A stretch of 64,000 bases of DNA from Camelus ferus (GCF_009834535.1 NC_045696.1:50470001-50534000); one strand, 5' to 3'. Shown: positions 48,062 to 62,372, counted from the first letter of the stretch. A program made the numbers and translations. Notes: generated by a model from the letters alone, not told the origin.

Positions 48062-49611
48062 TGAATTGATTAAGATGAGTAATAAATATTGGGAGGTACA
48101 AGAAGTCATAATTGTTGGGTTCCTAGAAAAGTGATTTCTTTCTAACAACTACTGAAGTAAAACATTTCGTCAATGCCTATGTATTTCTCCAAAGAAGAGG
48201 AAGTGTGTCTGGATTTATTTTAGTAGTCTTGCCAGTATTTAAGGAAATCTTCCTTGGTCCAAATCTTTTCCAAAGAATTGTTCTGTCGTCATTCTATATT
48301 TGCTTCTGTGAGAATAGTCATCTAGTTCTACGCTGATTTTAGAGGAAACAGCTTTAAAGTGTATTTTTCTTCTCCTATAATCTTTTGTACCTTGCAAACT
48401 CTTACACAACAATCAGGCTCTTCCCAGTTTACCCAGGGCCAGATTATGTGCCTTGTTATCCCAGCCAGTGTGCTAGAGTAGCTGTCATTTTCTCATTTCC
48501 TCTCCTTCCTTCTCAATAATGCAGACTCTACCAATGTTTAACATACCCTCTCCTCAGAAGTCACCCCAGCTCCCCTTACCTTCTGTCCTTGGCAGAATGC
48601 TCCCCCTCACCCAATGCTTACTGCCCCCGTTTTCTTAGAACCCTTTCCTGAGGCTTCACTAGTCTCTTGCTCCCCACTTCTTCATGTGGTTGATTCCCTG
48701 GCTCCAGCACTGATGATTGCAGTCATTTGTTAACCCTCCTGTCTTTACTCCCCCCTGCCCTGCCTCACCAAATAATTCAGCTAAACTCTCACTTATAGGT
48801 AGGATTGTCCCCTTCTGTGAGAAGTCTGTGAAGGAAATGTGTTCTTGACATTCCTAATCTGTAACTCTAAAATCATTTTCCTATAAATAGACACATAAGC
48901 TCACTGGAAATCTAAGCACCATTTATAAAATCTTTTCTCTGAAAATATTTGTTCTAAGTTCTAAACAATTGACATTTAAAATTATTTGTCTTAATCTTTT
49001 CTTTCCTGATTAATAAATGTCTGTGGACACAAAACCACATGAGTAAACCACTATTTATCATCTTTACATCAGTTTTAGTTGCCCAGATATTTTTTAGTGT
49101 TGTACGTGCTTTTTAAATGGCTTAATGAAAGCACTAAACCCATCTAATAAAACATGCAAAATATCTTGATTTTAGAGAAGCAGTAGTCTAGTCATATAAT
49201 AAACTATCAGGCTTTGCATCTAGATTTTTTGAGAACTAGTATGACTGACAGTAAGCATTTACTTGAACCTATCTGTGCTATAATTAATTTCTCTTTAAAG
49301 TGGAGATACAGTATTCATCAGAGAATATTGACTAATGCAGTCATACCATTTAGAATGGGATAGTTTTTTCACTAAGAGGGAGCCAGTCAAATAGGAAAGT
49401 CTTGAAAATACTTTGCCTTCATGTTTCTAATATGGAATCTAAAGTTCTTCTTAAGTAATATAGAGTCTCTTTAAAGAATGATTGGAGAGAAGAATTAGAA
49501 TCATCTAAACTTACCTCCAGTCACATTCCTTCTACTCCTTTTCCTGTATCATCATCAGCATAATTAGGATTATATACAGAATACTTTTATGCTTTTGAAA
49601 ATAATTGTTGA

Positions 49612-49809
<198 letters not shown>

Positions 49810-50784
49810 TAAGAAATTTTTTTTTTTTTAGTTAGTTACATTTAACCCCAAAGCATGTTTTCATTAATAGAGCTTCCGCACATGGTGAACATTTCAGTTT
49901 ATCAAATGACATTTTTAGAAAGTCCACTTTATTCTCATAATATTCTACAATACAATATTTAGGAACAAAGTATATACTGCTTACTTAGTTTTTTCCTATA
50001 AATTAGCTTAAACTTAAATTTAAGTGTTTTCCTAAATTGAGACTATAAATAGTACTTGAGCAGAGTTTATTTTTCTTTTACCCAACTCTTAGCTGCTAAT
50101 TTTGAAAATGAAAATGGTTGGTCGATCTGGTATTTGCCAGATTTAAATAAACCAGTAAATTCTAATCATCCTTAAAGTGCTTCTGACGTCACATCCTCTG
50201 TAAATATTACCTTTTTGTCCCCATAGGTGGTCAAGTAGCAGTTCTATGTTTCAAGCATTGTACAATATATAGGAAAATTAATGTTAAACTTCTGAAGTGT
50301 GAAAAAGTAGTTAAAGTATCTTGCTTATTGTACTTTACATAGAAACTAAGATAAAATATTTACACAAGAAAATACAAAATACAATGTGTCTGGTTTCTGT
50401 TATGTTAGTTTTAAAGTAACATTTGAAAATTTAGACATTTTTATGATAAATTATAGTTAATTGGGTTCCTGTTTTTTCCTTCCAGTAGAGTTCAAGCTCT
50501 TAAGAGGAAGGAACTCATTCATCTTTGTTTCCAGTTCTAGTCAGAATATTTTGTGTTCAATATATGCTATGGAAATAAATTCATATTTAATGAATTTAGT
50601 TATTGAACATAAACAGCATTGAGACCCATTGGACTGTAGGATGGACTTCCTGGTGAATTGAGAGTTACTTCTGCCTAAAGAAATTTTTTAAAATTTTGAA
50701 TTGATAATTATTCAATAGAAATTTGTTAGTATAGTGAGGGTTGGGGGTGGAGAAATGAATGAATATATTTTGTATTGCTGTTAA

Positions 50785-50976
<192 letters not shown>

Positions 50977-52623
50977 TGAGTAGGTCTTGCCTCCTCAAGA
51001 GATAAAAGAGTACATTTCGAATAATCTTCTGAATTATCATCCATTAATATTAAAATAAGTTCTTTGGTGCTCTTTTCCTTCTTCTAGCTTTAAGTGTTCA
51101 ATATTATAGTCAAAGTAAGAGTTTTTCTAAATTGTTCATTTAGTATTCCTAAGTGCTTTTCTTTGTTGTTGTTTTAATGGCAATATGAGTATTTGCTGGA
51201 ACTCATTAGTAGCTCTGTAACAGCAGCTTCACAGATAGTACTTAACAGAATCTAAATAAAACTGCAACTGAAAAATTTGCTAATTTGGAATTTAAGAACA
51301 TCACAAGAATGTAGCAGGCTTTAGTACACATAAGTAGGAAGTTTATATTCATAAAGAAAACAAAATTTCTTACGAGAATATGTTACCAGTGTTCTTTCTG
51401 TTGTTTGCCCTGGAATAGAATAGATTCATAGGTTGGTGTCCATGTTTATTTTGCTTTGTGAGTTTTCCAGATAAAATATCTTAAAGTTTCTTTCTAAGGA
51501 AAAGAACCCATTGACTAAAATTTGGCTTCAGAAAAACGTCAGAAAACCACTAAAATGTAACAGTGGACTTTAATGCAAATTAAGCCATGTTACCAGTCAG
51601 AAACTTTTTTGTATTCTTAGGGTTATGGAATTCTTGAGTTTGGCAAAAGCTCTGTGACACATTAGAGATAACTTATGGGGTGAAGAGCCAGAGGATTGAT
51701 ATACATTGTCTACAATGCATAGTAAAAAATGCCCGGATATTGCCAGACTGGTTTGATTAAGTAATAGTACTCCTAATTTAATATCATAGATATCATATAT
51801 TTTCCTTCGTTTTAACTTTAAGGAAATATTACTTTCGTTTTTGGAAAAGAGGTTGTGACAGAGGAATTACGTCTCCTTTTAAAAATCAGCATATTTGCCT
51901 TTATGAGGAAAGAATTCTGCTTCTCACTCCTTCTTTCTTTAATATATTTTATAACTAAAAAGCATAATTGATTAGTCAGGAAATTTAATTTTAAAGAAAT
52001 TTCCTACAGAAAACCTTTGATAGATACACCAAGATTTTACTTTTCCTCTAGTATGTAATTGTCTTTGAATAAGTAAATTATTCAAGGTAAATATTTAATA
52101 TTAAGCCTCATATATTGGAATTTATACTTACTTGGAATAAAACTATACATAATTTGGAATAAAACTAGTGGGTACAGCCCACAAATAGCCTGGCTTCTAA
52201 TTTTTCCTTTAGATTTTACATATAAAACAATCATTTTGTAAATTAAAATAATTATAAGTTATCAGTTTTATATGGATCAACCTAATAATACTCACATATC
52301 TTAGACTACAAGATATAGTGATTATATGAAACATTTGGTGTATGGCAATCGCAAATATGGCTCCAGGGTGCATTTCACTGGTCTTGAATCCAAGGCCCTG
52401 TGCAGTTAAAGTACTGGAAACAGCAAACACACCAGACACACAGTGTATACTTCATATATTGCATCCATTAACTCCTTTAATCTTCACAGTAACTCCTTTA
52501 GGAAGTATTGCTTTTATTTTATAGACGAGGAAACAAGTACTAAGAGATTAAGAAACTTGTGTGGGTCACCTAGTAATTGAAAATTTGTAACTAAAATGTG
52601 TAAAGCTAAATATTATGAAATAA

Positions 52624-53026
<403 letters not shown>

Positions 53027-55797
53027 TAAGATTTGAATTGTCTTGATAACTTTTTGTACTAACAACCTTTATTATTAAATCTGTTTCTAATACTGAGGAG
53101 TATTAGAATTAGAGGAGTTTGGAAGACTATGCATTTAGCATGATTTATTGGTTCAACCCATCAACACTTTTATTTTTTTCTTCCCTCTATTCTCTCTTCC
53201 TTCTGCAGATTCTTGCTGAGTCTTCTTTGTGGTATCTTCATTCTCTTTCTCCCTCAGCCTAATTCAACCCTAGACCACAGCGGAAGTGAAAACTTTTTAC
53301 ATTTTAAATAAGCTAAACAACAGCCACAATAAAAATACTACCATCCCTTTCTCAGTTCCAAAGGAAAACGACTCTTCTTTATTGTAGAAAGGTCATTCAG
53401 GCTGTGAGGAATAAGAATTTTCCTTTAAAAAGACTGTATGTAAAGATGAAATTCTTCATGTAAGTTAGAATCAAGCATTGGTAGCAGACAGAATGGTTAT
53501 TTCCTGAACCAGCAATTTTTGAGATACTAGATGTGGTTTAGCAATGGAACATGAGTTTACTTTCAGTGTATACTTTGGGTACAGTAAATAACCTATACTG
53601 TAGCAGAAATGCCATTCCTCTGTGATTTTCTTACTCTAACTTCTTTGTGGAAGGCACTGTGGTAGTTTTTATGAGAAAATAATGAAACCAAGTAACAATT
53701 GTATATGAAACTGTCCTCTAAGCAGTCATTCTAGGTTCTACCAATTCAGATCCTAGTTAAATCGTTTGTAATTATGAAAATGCCTGTCCAAATCTGTCTT
53801 CATTCATTCCTACAAAATGCTTTTCTCCTTTGACTTACATTCAAGTGTTTATCCTATTTGTGTCCCATATATACAACAGGAAATCCTAGTTCTTCTTAGA
53901 GCCCTGAGCATTGTCATAGAAAAGTAACTTTTTTAAATGTCTAATAAGAAGGAAGTGAGACTGATTCAGCTAAAAAGGCAAAACAAACGTAAGATGGGCA
54001 AATTATGGCCTAACAGCAGCATTTATTAAAAATAAAAAGTTGTAGTTGACTGTAAGCTAAGTTTAATGGAGACTGGAGAAAAATTGACAATGTTTTCTTA
54101 AGCTACATTAATAGAATTATAGTGTCCAAAACAGGAGGATGATCAAATAGTAGTCCCACAGTGCTGTGAACAGTATGCTATCAGACCATTCAGGCTGGAT
54201 TGTGGCTTGACAGTAAGAACAACTAGAGCTATCTGAAAACAGATGGTCTTGGGGGAGGTTATGTCACTGAATCATTCAAAACACTTAATTGATCCACAAG
54301 TAAACATCGCTGTTTCACAGATACAATTACAATTTGGAAAAGTGAAGTGAGTTGCAGAGAGGTATTTGCTGAAATAGAAAGAGCATGGACCACAGGGTCA
54401 GATAGCCATGATTTTGCATGGTTCCTCTTGTTCTTGGCTAGAGATTTTAAAGCAACTTATTTCATTTTCTGAGTCTATTTTCTCACTTACTTAGTAAAAA
54501 TGTGATGGTTAGAATGATTAAATTAAATACATTGTGACTGATGTACACACGTTAACTACATACTGAATGTTAGTTTCCTTCCTTCCCAAAGGTCAGTCCA
54601 TTGGTAAATGGCAGAGTCAGGCCAACAGCCCAAACTGTCAGATTCTTGGTACTTCTTACAGGCATTCCCTTCTTTAGATATACCAGCATTTTCTGATGCA
54701 TGACCTTGGAATCACGGCACCACCATACTCACTATGTAACTGCAGAAGCCACACAGCACTCAAAGTCTTAAGAACTGAGACACAAGAGGCTGCTTGCTTT
54801 CATGAACTCCAACGTTCACTATACCACAGTGACCACATACAGGAAGTTTTCACACTGTACTCTGTAGCTTTCAAAACCCAATTCAGAAAGTAGAGTTATT
54901 TATACTCCTTGCTTTTATTTGCTTGATCAAGTCCCAGTCCATCCCTCCAAAGGGAGTTTGGCCGACTCACACAATAATGTAAAATAAGTTAGGTTTTATT
55001 TCCTTCTCTTCCTTTATGATCTTGGTAGGAGAAAGGTGGAAATGTGGGTAGACATTGTAGTCCAGCGAGATTTGGCCTTTAAGTCTGTTGGCAAAAGTTA
55101 ACTGTTATCCTTCGTGTCTAAACTCTGCCTCAGCTGAGTAGAGAAGTGTAATTGGTGAAAGGCCCCTAAAGATTGACACTGGGATCAGTCTATTTTTATA
55201 AATGGTATGGAAGAAGTATATAATTAGACACAATATAATTGCTTCTATATATTTCTATGTAGTGAAATTTCAAGCAACTAAGAACTGACTCTGAAGACAA
55301 AGAAAATCATATGAATTGACCGAAATGTTGCAGATGAGTTAAAGGTGCCATAGTGTGTGGACTGTCCAACTTGTGTCTCTCCTTTAAGCCGTATTTGTAT
55401 AACTTCAGTTATAACAGAATCATTATGGGCTGTTCTCAAGTAGGCAGCTTTGGTCAAAAAGTCTAAAATGCTGTACTTTTCCAAAAAGAATTAGCAGTAC
55501 AGCAGAAAATATTTCACCTGTTTTATATACCTGTATTCATAAAAGTCATAGTGTATCCACAAAAGCCCATGTATCCCAAGACATGTGTTCATGTCCATGC
55601 TGACAAATGTGTGAATGGGTATATGGATGGATACAGTAAGACAGATCAATAACAGACACAATAATGGTGATGATTTTTTTTAAAAAGTCAGGAAAAAAGG
55701 TCTAAATTATCAAGGTGATTGAATCTTTGTCACACAAAGAACAAATTAAAGAGATCAGAATTTTAGTCTGGGAAATAAAAAGCAAAATAGAAGATAT

Positions 55798-57195
55798 CCC
55801 AATGGCCTTTTTCACAGAAATGGAACAAATAGCCCTAAAATTTGTATGGAACCACAGAAGATCCTGAATAGTAAAAGCAATCTTGAGAAAGAACAAAGCT
55901 GGAAACATCACATTTACTGATTTCAAACTATATTACAAAACAGTATGGTATTGGCATAAAAACAGACACATAAGCCAGTGGAACAGAAGAGAGAGCTCTG
56001 AAATAAACCCAGGCATATGTGAGCAATTAATTTACAGCAAAGTCTCCAAGAATATCAGTGGGGAAAGGATAATCTCTTCAATAATGGTGCTAGGAAGATT
56101 GGACAGCCACATGCCAAAGAATGAAACTAGACTAGTATCTTACACTATACACAAAAATTAACTCAAAATGGATTAAAACTTGAGTGTAAGACCCGAAACT
56201 ATAAAACTCGTAGAATAAAACAGATAGTAAGCTCCTTGACATGTCTTGGTGATGAGTTTTTGAATCTGACTCCAAAAGCAAAGGCAACAAAAGCAAAAAT
56301 AAGTAAGTAGACGATATCAAACTAAAAGCTTCTGCACAGCAAAAGAAATCATCAATAAAATGAAGTCAACCTACTGAATGGGAGAAAATATTTGTAAGTC
56401 ATGTATCTGATAAGGGGTTAATATCCAAAATATATAAACTCATACAACTCAATAGCAAAAAAAATTGGATTAAAAAATGGGCAGAGGATCTGAATAGACA
56501 TTTTTCCAAAGAAGACATACAGATGGCTAACAGGTACATGAGAAGATCCTCACCATCACTAATCATCATGGAAATGCAGATGCAAAACCACAGTTATTTA
56601 TCACCTCATACCTGTTAGAATGGCTGACATCAAAAAGACAAAATGTTAGCAAGAATCCTCATGCTCTGTTGGTGGGAATGTAAATTGATGTAGCCACTAT
56701 GGAAACTGTATGGAGGTTCCTCAAAAAACTAAAAATAGAATTGTTACATATGATCTAGGAATTCTACTCCTGCATACATATTCAAAGAAAGTAAAGACAT
56801 TAATTTGAAAAGATACATGCACCCCTATGTTCATTAAAGCATTATTTTCAATAGCCAAATACGGAAACAACCTAAGTGTTCCTCAGTGGATGAATGGGTA
56901 AAGACGATGTGGTATTGTACAGCTGACCCTTGAACGATGAGAGGTTAGGGACTCTGACCCTTGGCCCAGTCAAAAATCTGAGTTTAACTTATATTGCATA
57001 TTTGAAAGTTGCTAAGAGAGTAGGTCTTAAATGTCTTCATCACAAGAAAAAAAAAATCTGTTAACTATGTACGGTGACGGATACAGCTAGGCCCACTGTC
57101 ATGATCATTTCACGATATATAGAAATACTGAATCATTCTGTTGTGGCCCTGAAACTAATGTCATATGTCAGTTACACCACAATTTAAAAAAAAAG
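55798..57195 (+). mobile_element. 5'-truncated L1 (about 1.4 kb) in GTPBP8 intron 5, interrupted by a Tigger2 5' fragment (about 56920-56990)
   Basis: ORF2 remnants ([28 protein letters not shown]), 3'UTR and A-tail; flanked by a 36-bp direct repeat. Confidence 0.9.
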
Positions 57196-57459
57196 TTTAG
57201 TCTGGAAAATAAAAAGCAAAATGGTAGATATGGTGAAATTTGTAGAATCATGAAGGAAATAGATCATATAATGTGGATCACCAGATTTAGAATACCACAA
57301 GAAGCTGGGAGAAGAGAGGAAAAGTAAAACAAATTAAGACATTCTGTTTCATACATGGAACTCACAAGAGTTTGGTAAGCAGATTTTAAATTAGATGAAT
57401 TCAGATCTGTTACTACCTCTGAAGTAAGGAAGGAAATGGTTTTTCTTTTCTTTTCACAG

Positions 57460-57550
57460 TGCTGTGACCTATTCTGGAATCCATCTGTTGAGATGCTTTA
57501 TAGCAAATATAACAGGAAATCTTAAGACTAATGGCTTCCAAGTTAGCTGA
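57460..57550 (+). CDS. GTPBP8: GTPBP8 terminal coding exon 6
   Basis: Long pyrimidine tract then cacag|T; (S)AVTYSGIHLLRCFIANITGNLKTNGFQVS, stop TGA at 57548-57550. Confidence 0.93.
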
Positions 57551-58781
57551 AGATTCAGAATTCTCTATGCCAGCTGAAGTTAAACTAAAATTTCAACATT
57601 GTTTTAAATGTTGTGTATGTGTAACTTGCGGAAGGATCACTTCAGCCTAAAAACCTGCATCTTCCCAAAGCCAAGAATGAACTTCTGCCTGGGTGGAAAA
57701 TGTTTATAAATGATTGAACTGTGTTGTTCATTAGGACGGATGCTAGCAGTTTTTCCTATTTTAACAAACTGACAAGATCACGTGGAAGTCCATAAAATGA
57801 AGACCTATTTACTACTGCGTAAACAAGGGTTTGCCATGTATTGGGTTTTTGTCTTTTAAAGAGAATGTCTATTAAGTGTATTTTTTTAATGTTACAATGG
57901 ACTAGGTAAAAAGAGGGCTACTTTTCTGTTAAGCACTGATAGGTAGGTTGAAGATAAATTCTCCTATGTATGGCTATAATTTATCTTTTTTCAGAGTCCT
58001 TATTTAAATATGGGAAAAATTATTCTTGATAAATTTCAGTCAGTCCATGCTGGAAACGCCAGTCATTTCACCTTCAGGTGACCACAGGATTCAGAATCAG
58101 AAGACTAGAATTCAAGTTCCAGTTCTAATATTTACTATATGTTGGAAATTGGGCAGATTACTTGAGTTCTCTGGATTTCTTTTGTTAACTCTTACCTTAG
58201 AAGCTATGAAAATTAAAATGTGAAAAAGACATCAGTATATTCTACATATCTGTAAAGCAAAACCAACCCAGGTATACAGCAAGATGCACAGGTGGATTTA
58301 TCACAGAAAACATGTGGAGGAAATAATATCTTATGTAGTCAAAGACAAAAAAAAAACTAGTTTTAGGTGAGAAAAGTGATTTGTAAAGGGTAAGAGAAAA
58401 AAAAGTTGATGGGGCAATTTAGAATTGATACATTAAGATTCAGAATGGAAAGATAAAAGCCTTACTCTGAATGAATGTTAATGGAAAGTATTTTTATGAA
58501 GATGCTACTGACCTATTCTTGTAAGTGGCTTTGCTGTTAAAAGGTCATAGCAATAGCACTGGAGAAAAAATTAAGGTTGTAAAACAGCTTTGTAGCTTTT
58601 TTTTTTAGAAAATTCAGTTCTGAATATATTTTCAGTTTTAGAATTGACATGCTGGTCTATTCTAACTAGCAATGTTTTAAGCTTTAAAAAAAAGACTATG
58701 TAGGAATTCACAAAGTAAAATATATAGTAACAATAGAATTATCTTAGAAGTCATCTTTCTGTTAGTGTTCCTTTATTGCTT

Positions 58782-59190
58782 GTCTTAGCCTTGTTTCTGG
58801 TTCTAAAAGGAGAGCTCAGAATAAAAGCTTGCATGCAGTAGTTTATTGGGGAACAGGAGTGACAGAGAAATGAAACAGATGGAAAGCCAGTCAAATGCAC
58901 TGAGTCACATACCACATAGGGTGATGGGGCTTGGTCTTGAGGGACCTGAGGAGTCCTTTGAAATGTGCCTCTGGATTGTCTTTGAAGGGAGTTAGAGGGC
59001 AGCCCCATACCTCTTCCAGGCTGTACCCACGTGGTTCCTGTAGCTTGTCAGAAGCCAGGAGGCAGGGAGAGGTCTCTGGAACAGAAGGCCAGAAGGCAAG
59101 GTCCAATCCTACTTGAAACTGGTTGCCATAGTAGTGGCTTAAGTAAGAGGCCAAGAGGATTTGAAGTGACACATGGGAGGTCTCACCACA
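58782..59190 (-). mobile_element. Old ERVL/MaLR-class LTR relic between the GTPBP8 and NEPRO 3' ends
   Basis: TGTCTTAG...AGAGC.CAGA..AAAGCTTG..TGCAG.AGTTTATT.GGGA start typical of a reverse-oriented LTR end; GC-richer body. Confidence 0.5.
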
Positions 59191-59554
59191 CTTTCGGAGA
59201 ACTCCAAAAGCATTTTAATATGCCCTCCAATGAGATAAGGCGAACAAATGAAGTGAAATAATGGCTGTGACCACTCCCTAGTAATACAATTAGTGGCAAA
59301 ACTTTGATGATCAATTCTAGTATACAGAAAACTACAACCATTAAAATCTACAAACCTTGGGTGTTCAGAGGTGTACTTACCTCCAGTGGAGCCATTAAGG
59401 CTAAAATGACCTTTTAGGTGCTTCATTGCTACTCCCCATTTACCTAAGGCATAGAATAGGTTTTGCAAACCAAATTATTCAGGTCTTAATTGAGTCAAAA
59501 ACTATTTAATAGTCAAATATTTGTCGATTAAATGACACAAAACTATGATAAATG

Positions 59555-59560
59555 TTTATT
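59555..59560 (-). terminator. Proximal AATAAA polyadenylation signal for NEPRO
   Basis: TTTATT on + (AATAAA on -) about 150 nt downstream of the NEPRO stop, followed on the minus strand by T/GT-rich sequence. Confidence 0.55.
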
Positions 59561-59709
59561 GAACTGAAATGAACTGCTGTACAATGTTGCACTAAAGCAG
59601 CTCTGAGTCCAAGTGGTACTTCCAGATCTTTCCAGATCTCAGCTGTTCTACTTAAAACAGCAAAACACTGGACCAGTTAGTTAATTACTTAAGTCTTACA
59701 TATGAGCAT

Positions 59710-60172
59710 CTAAACTCCCATCAAAGCAAAAATATCATCAATGTCGTGTGTCTCCTTAATGGTTCCTGTTGTATTATGTTTGTTTATTTGCATCATTGTC
59801 CAAGAATCAGTTTCATTTTCATTGCTTCCTATAACATTTTCATGTATTTGTTTCTCCTTAGTTTGTATGACAGGATTTGAAACTCTTCTACGCAAGAGTT
59901 GCTTATTGTTAGGAAAGAGATCAGTTCTGCGAACTGCAGGGTGTGAGAGTCTCCCTTTATTGGTGTGTGTAGCACTCTGAGTCCCTTGAGGTGGCTGCTG
60001 GACTTCCTTTAAAAGAGTCGACTGCAGTTTTCTCTGTGGTTTCCTTCGTCTCATTGAAAATTTATTCTGTGATCTTCTTCGTCTCAGATGATGCTTTGAA
60101 GTTTTGCTACCTGAGCCATGAAGAAGGCAGTTGCAAACAGACGTTTTTAGGCACTCAAGTTTCTTTGGCAAA
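59710..60172 (-). CDS. NEPRO: NEPRO last coding exon
   Basis: Acceptor ttttccctctctgtctttaag|T; (S)[14 protein letters not shown]...[15 protein letters not shown], stop TAG at 59712-59710. Confidence 0.93.
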
Positions 60173-62372
60173 CTTAAAGACAGAGAGGGAAAATTGGAGA
60201 TTAAGATGCAGAAAGACATTCTCAAAAACTTCTGTCTCCTTTTTGCCAACTTCCAACTGAAAAATATACAATTTATATTTTTGCCTGTGTACAACTCCAG
60301 AATCATAAGGAATAAGGGAATAGGAGTTTCAAATCAGATCTGTGTTTTCAGAGCACAACTTCCCTCTGATTCAGATTGTTGGCAAATGTGTCCCCATTAT
60401 GTTACCAAAATAAAGTAGCTCCTGTAACTAGCGAGGTAGCTGAATGGTGATCTCCATATTTCAGTGCCAGAGCTTTGCCTTGATAATGGCTAATATGTTC
60501 ATACTTTAATAGGAGAACTGGGGGAAAGATGTATCACAAATGGGAAATTTACAAGGATGCGTCAACCCATTTGTGGATTAACAGCTTCGTATTATAGCAG
60601 GAAATAGTCAAGAAAAAGGGAGTAAAAGTGAAGAGGAATGAGAAAACAGAGCTTCTGGCAAAGACAGAATGACAGCCTTGAGCTACCCTAATTGTGATTC
60701 ATATTTCATCTTCAAGTCTGGGAATTCAGAGCTCAAATGGCTGATTATTTTAGGTGTTTTGTTTCTGAACAGGGTGTACTGCCACAAGGTACCTCCCTAA
60801 CTGCCTCACTCTTTGGGATAGTCAGATTTCAAAAGATTAGCATGAGTCTCTCTACTTCCTAACCTCTCCTCTTCCTTTTTAAACAAATAGAGAAGTTTGA
60901 GGAAGCCCATTTTAATGTAGTAATGCATGATCTCTGTTTCCAAACCATTTAGTCTTACTATAAATGGTGATTTTTAAGTGAGGAGAGGGTAGGTGTACTT
61001 CTCAACTGAAACAGAAATAGAAGTAATGAAAATAGAAGAATCAGAGGATCTGAATTGAGTTCTAGATCTCCAATTCTATCACCCTGAGCAAAATCCTCTA
61101 TTTCCTCATCTATACAATGTGAATACTACTACCTACCTCACAGAGTTATTGTGGATATTAAATCAACATAAAATGTACTACACGTATAACATATTACTGA
61201 AACAGCAAAACAGGGCAGCTCTGTTTTTGTGGAGTATAGAATAATGTTTTAATCAAATAACTACCAGTTTGTCACCCTCTGCATTAACTTTTAATTATCT
61301 CTGCTTCATCTACCCTGACTTTAAATGCAATCCTGAACAAACAGCTCAATCTCAGGCTGAGTTTCCACCCTAGAATAGATCCCTTTTAAATGGCTACAGA
61401 CCTTTAGGTGAAGCCCAGTGTAAATAAACCCTTCCAGCAGTTCATCCCTTAGGAATACTTAACTTCTCCCACAGCTCTTAATCAAAACAGAGCTCTCACA
61501 ATGTATCATATTTTTTTACTAAGACAAATACCTTTTCCATAAATTTTTAAAGAAAATTTAACAAATTTTAGACTAAGTGATTCATCCATGGGAACCACTG
61601 TAAAGTCCTGAACAGATACATGTCTGTAACTATACATAAGAAATAATGGTGGATGCCCAGAGATACATAAAAAGCTGCTCAGAGTGATTGCCTCTGTGAA
61701 GGGGGATAAGGATTTTTGAAGCCATTTGTGTCTCAAATTGTTAAACATGAGCATCTATTATTTTTTCAATAAAAACATAGAACCCTAAAGTATTTAACTT
61801 CATGTATTGTTTCAAGTATTACTGCCTCACAGCCAAAGATAACCATCCTTCAGCAGTTCTAAGAATGTAAGAATCACAGGAAAAGGAAGAAATCAATTCA
61901 TGGAGAATCTAGCTCCTGTGAACAAAACCTACCTGACCCTGACCCCAGAGGCTGGGGTGCACCCTTGTAGGAGGCAGGCACTTCTGCTCCCACACCGTCA
62001 TCCCGCTGAAGCTGTGGGCAGACTGACCGTCTCTCCTGCTAGAGGTGGAGCTAGAGCTCCCTGAGGATTAAATCTGGCTTATCCCCAGGCTTAGCATACC
62101 ACAGACACTCCTAACACTTTCTGAATGAAAGGATGGAATGGTGAAGGGTATAAGTGAATAATCCAATTAACCAAGTTTACTTTCTTCCTCCCAATGATAT
62201 ATATAGATTTGCCCAACAAAAGCAGTAAACAGAATTTGTTTGAGCAGATCCTAATTTTAGCCCCCAGCTTACTGGACATCCCATTTTAAAGGCAGCTAAC
62301 TTGAATATATGTACTTGTGCCCTAAATGGTAACAAAAAAAGTAAAGGAATGTAATTTTTGTAATATACTTAC

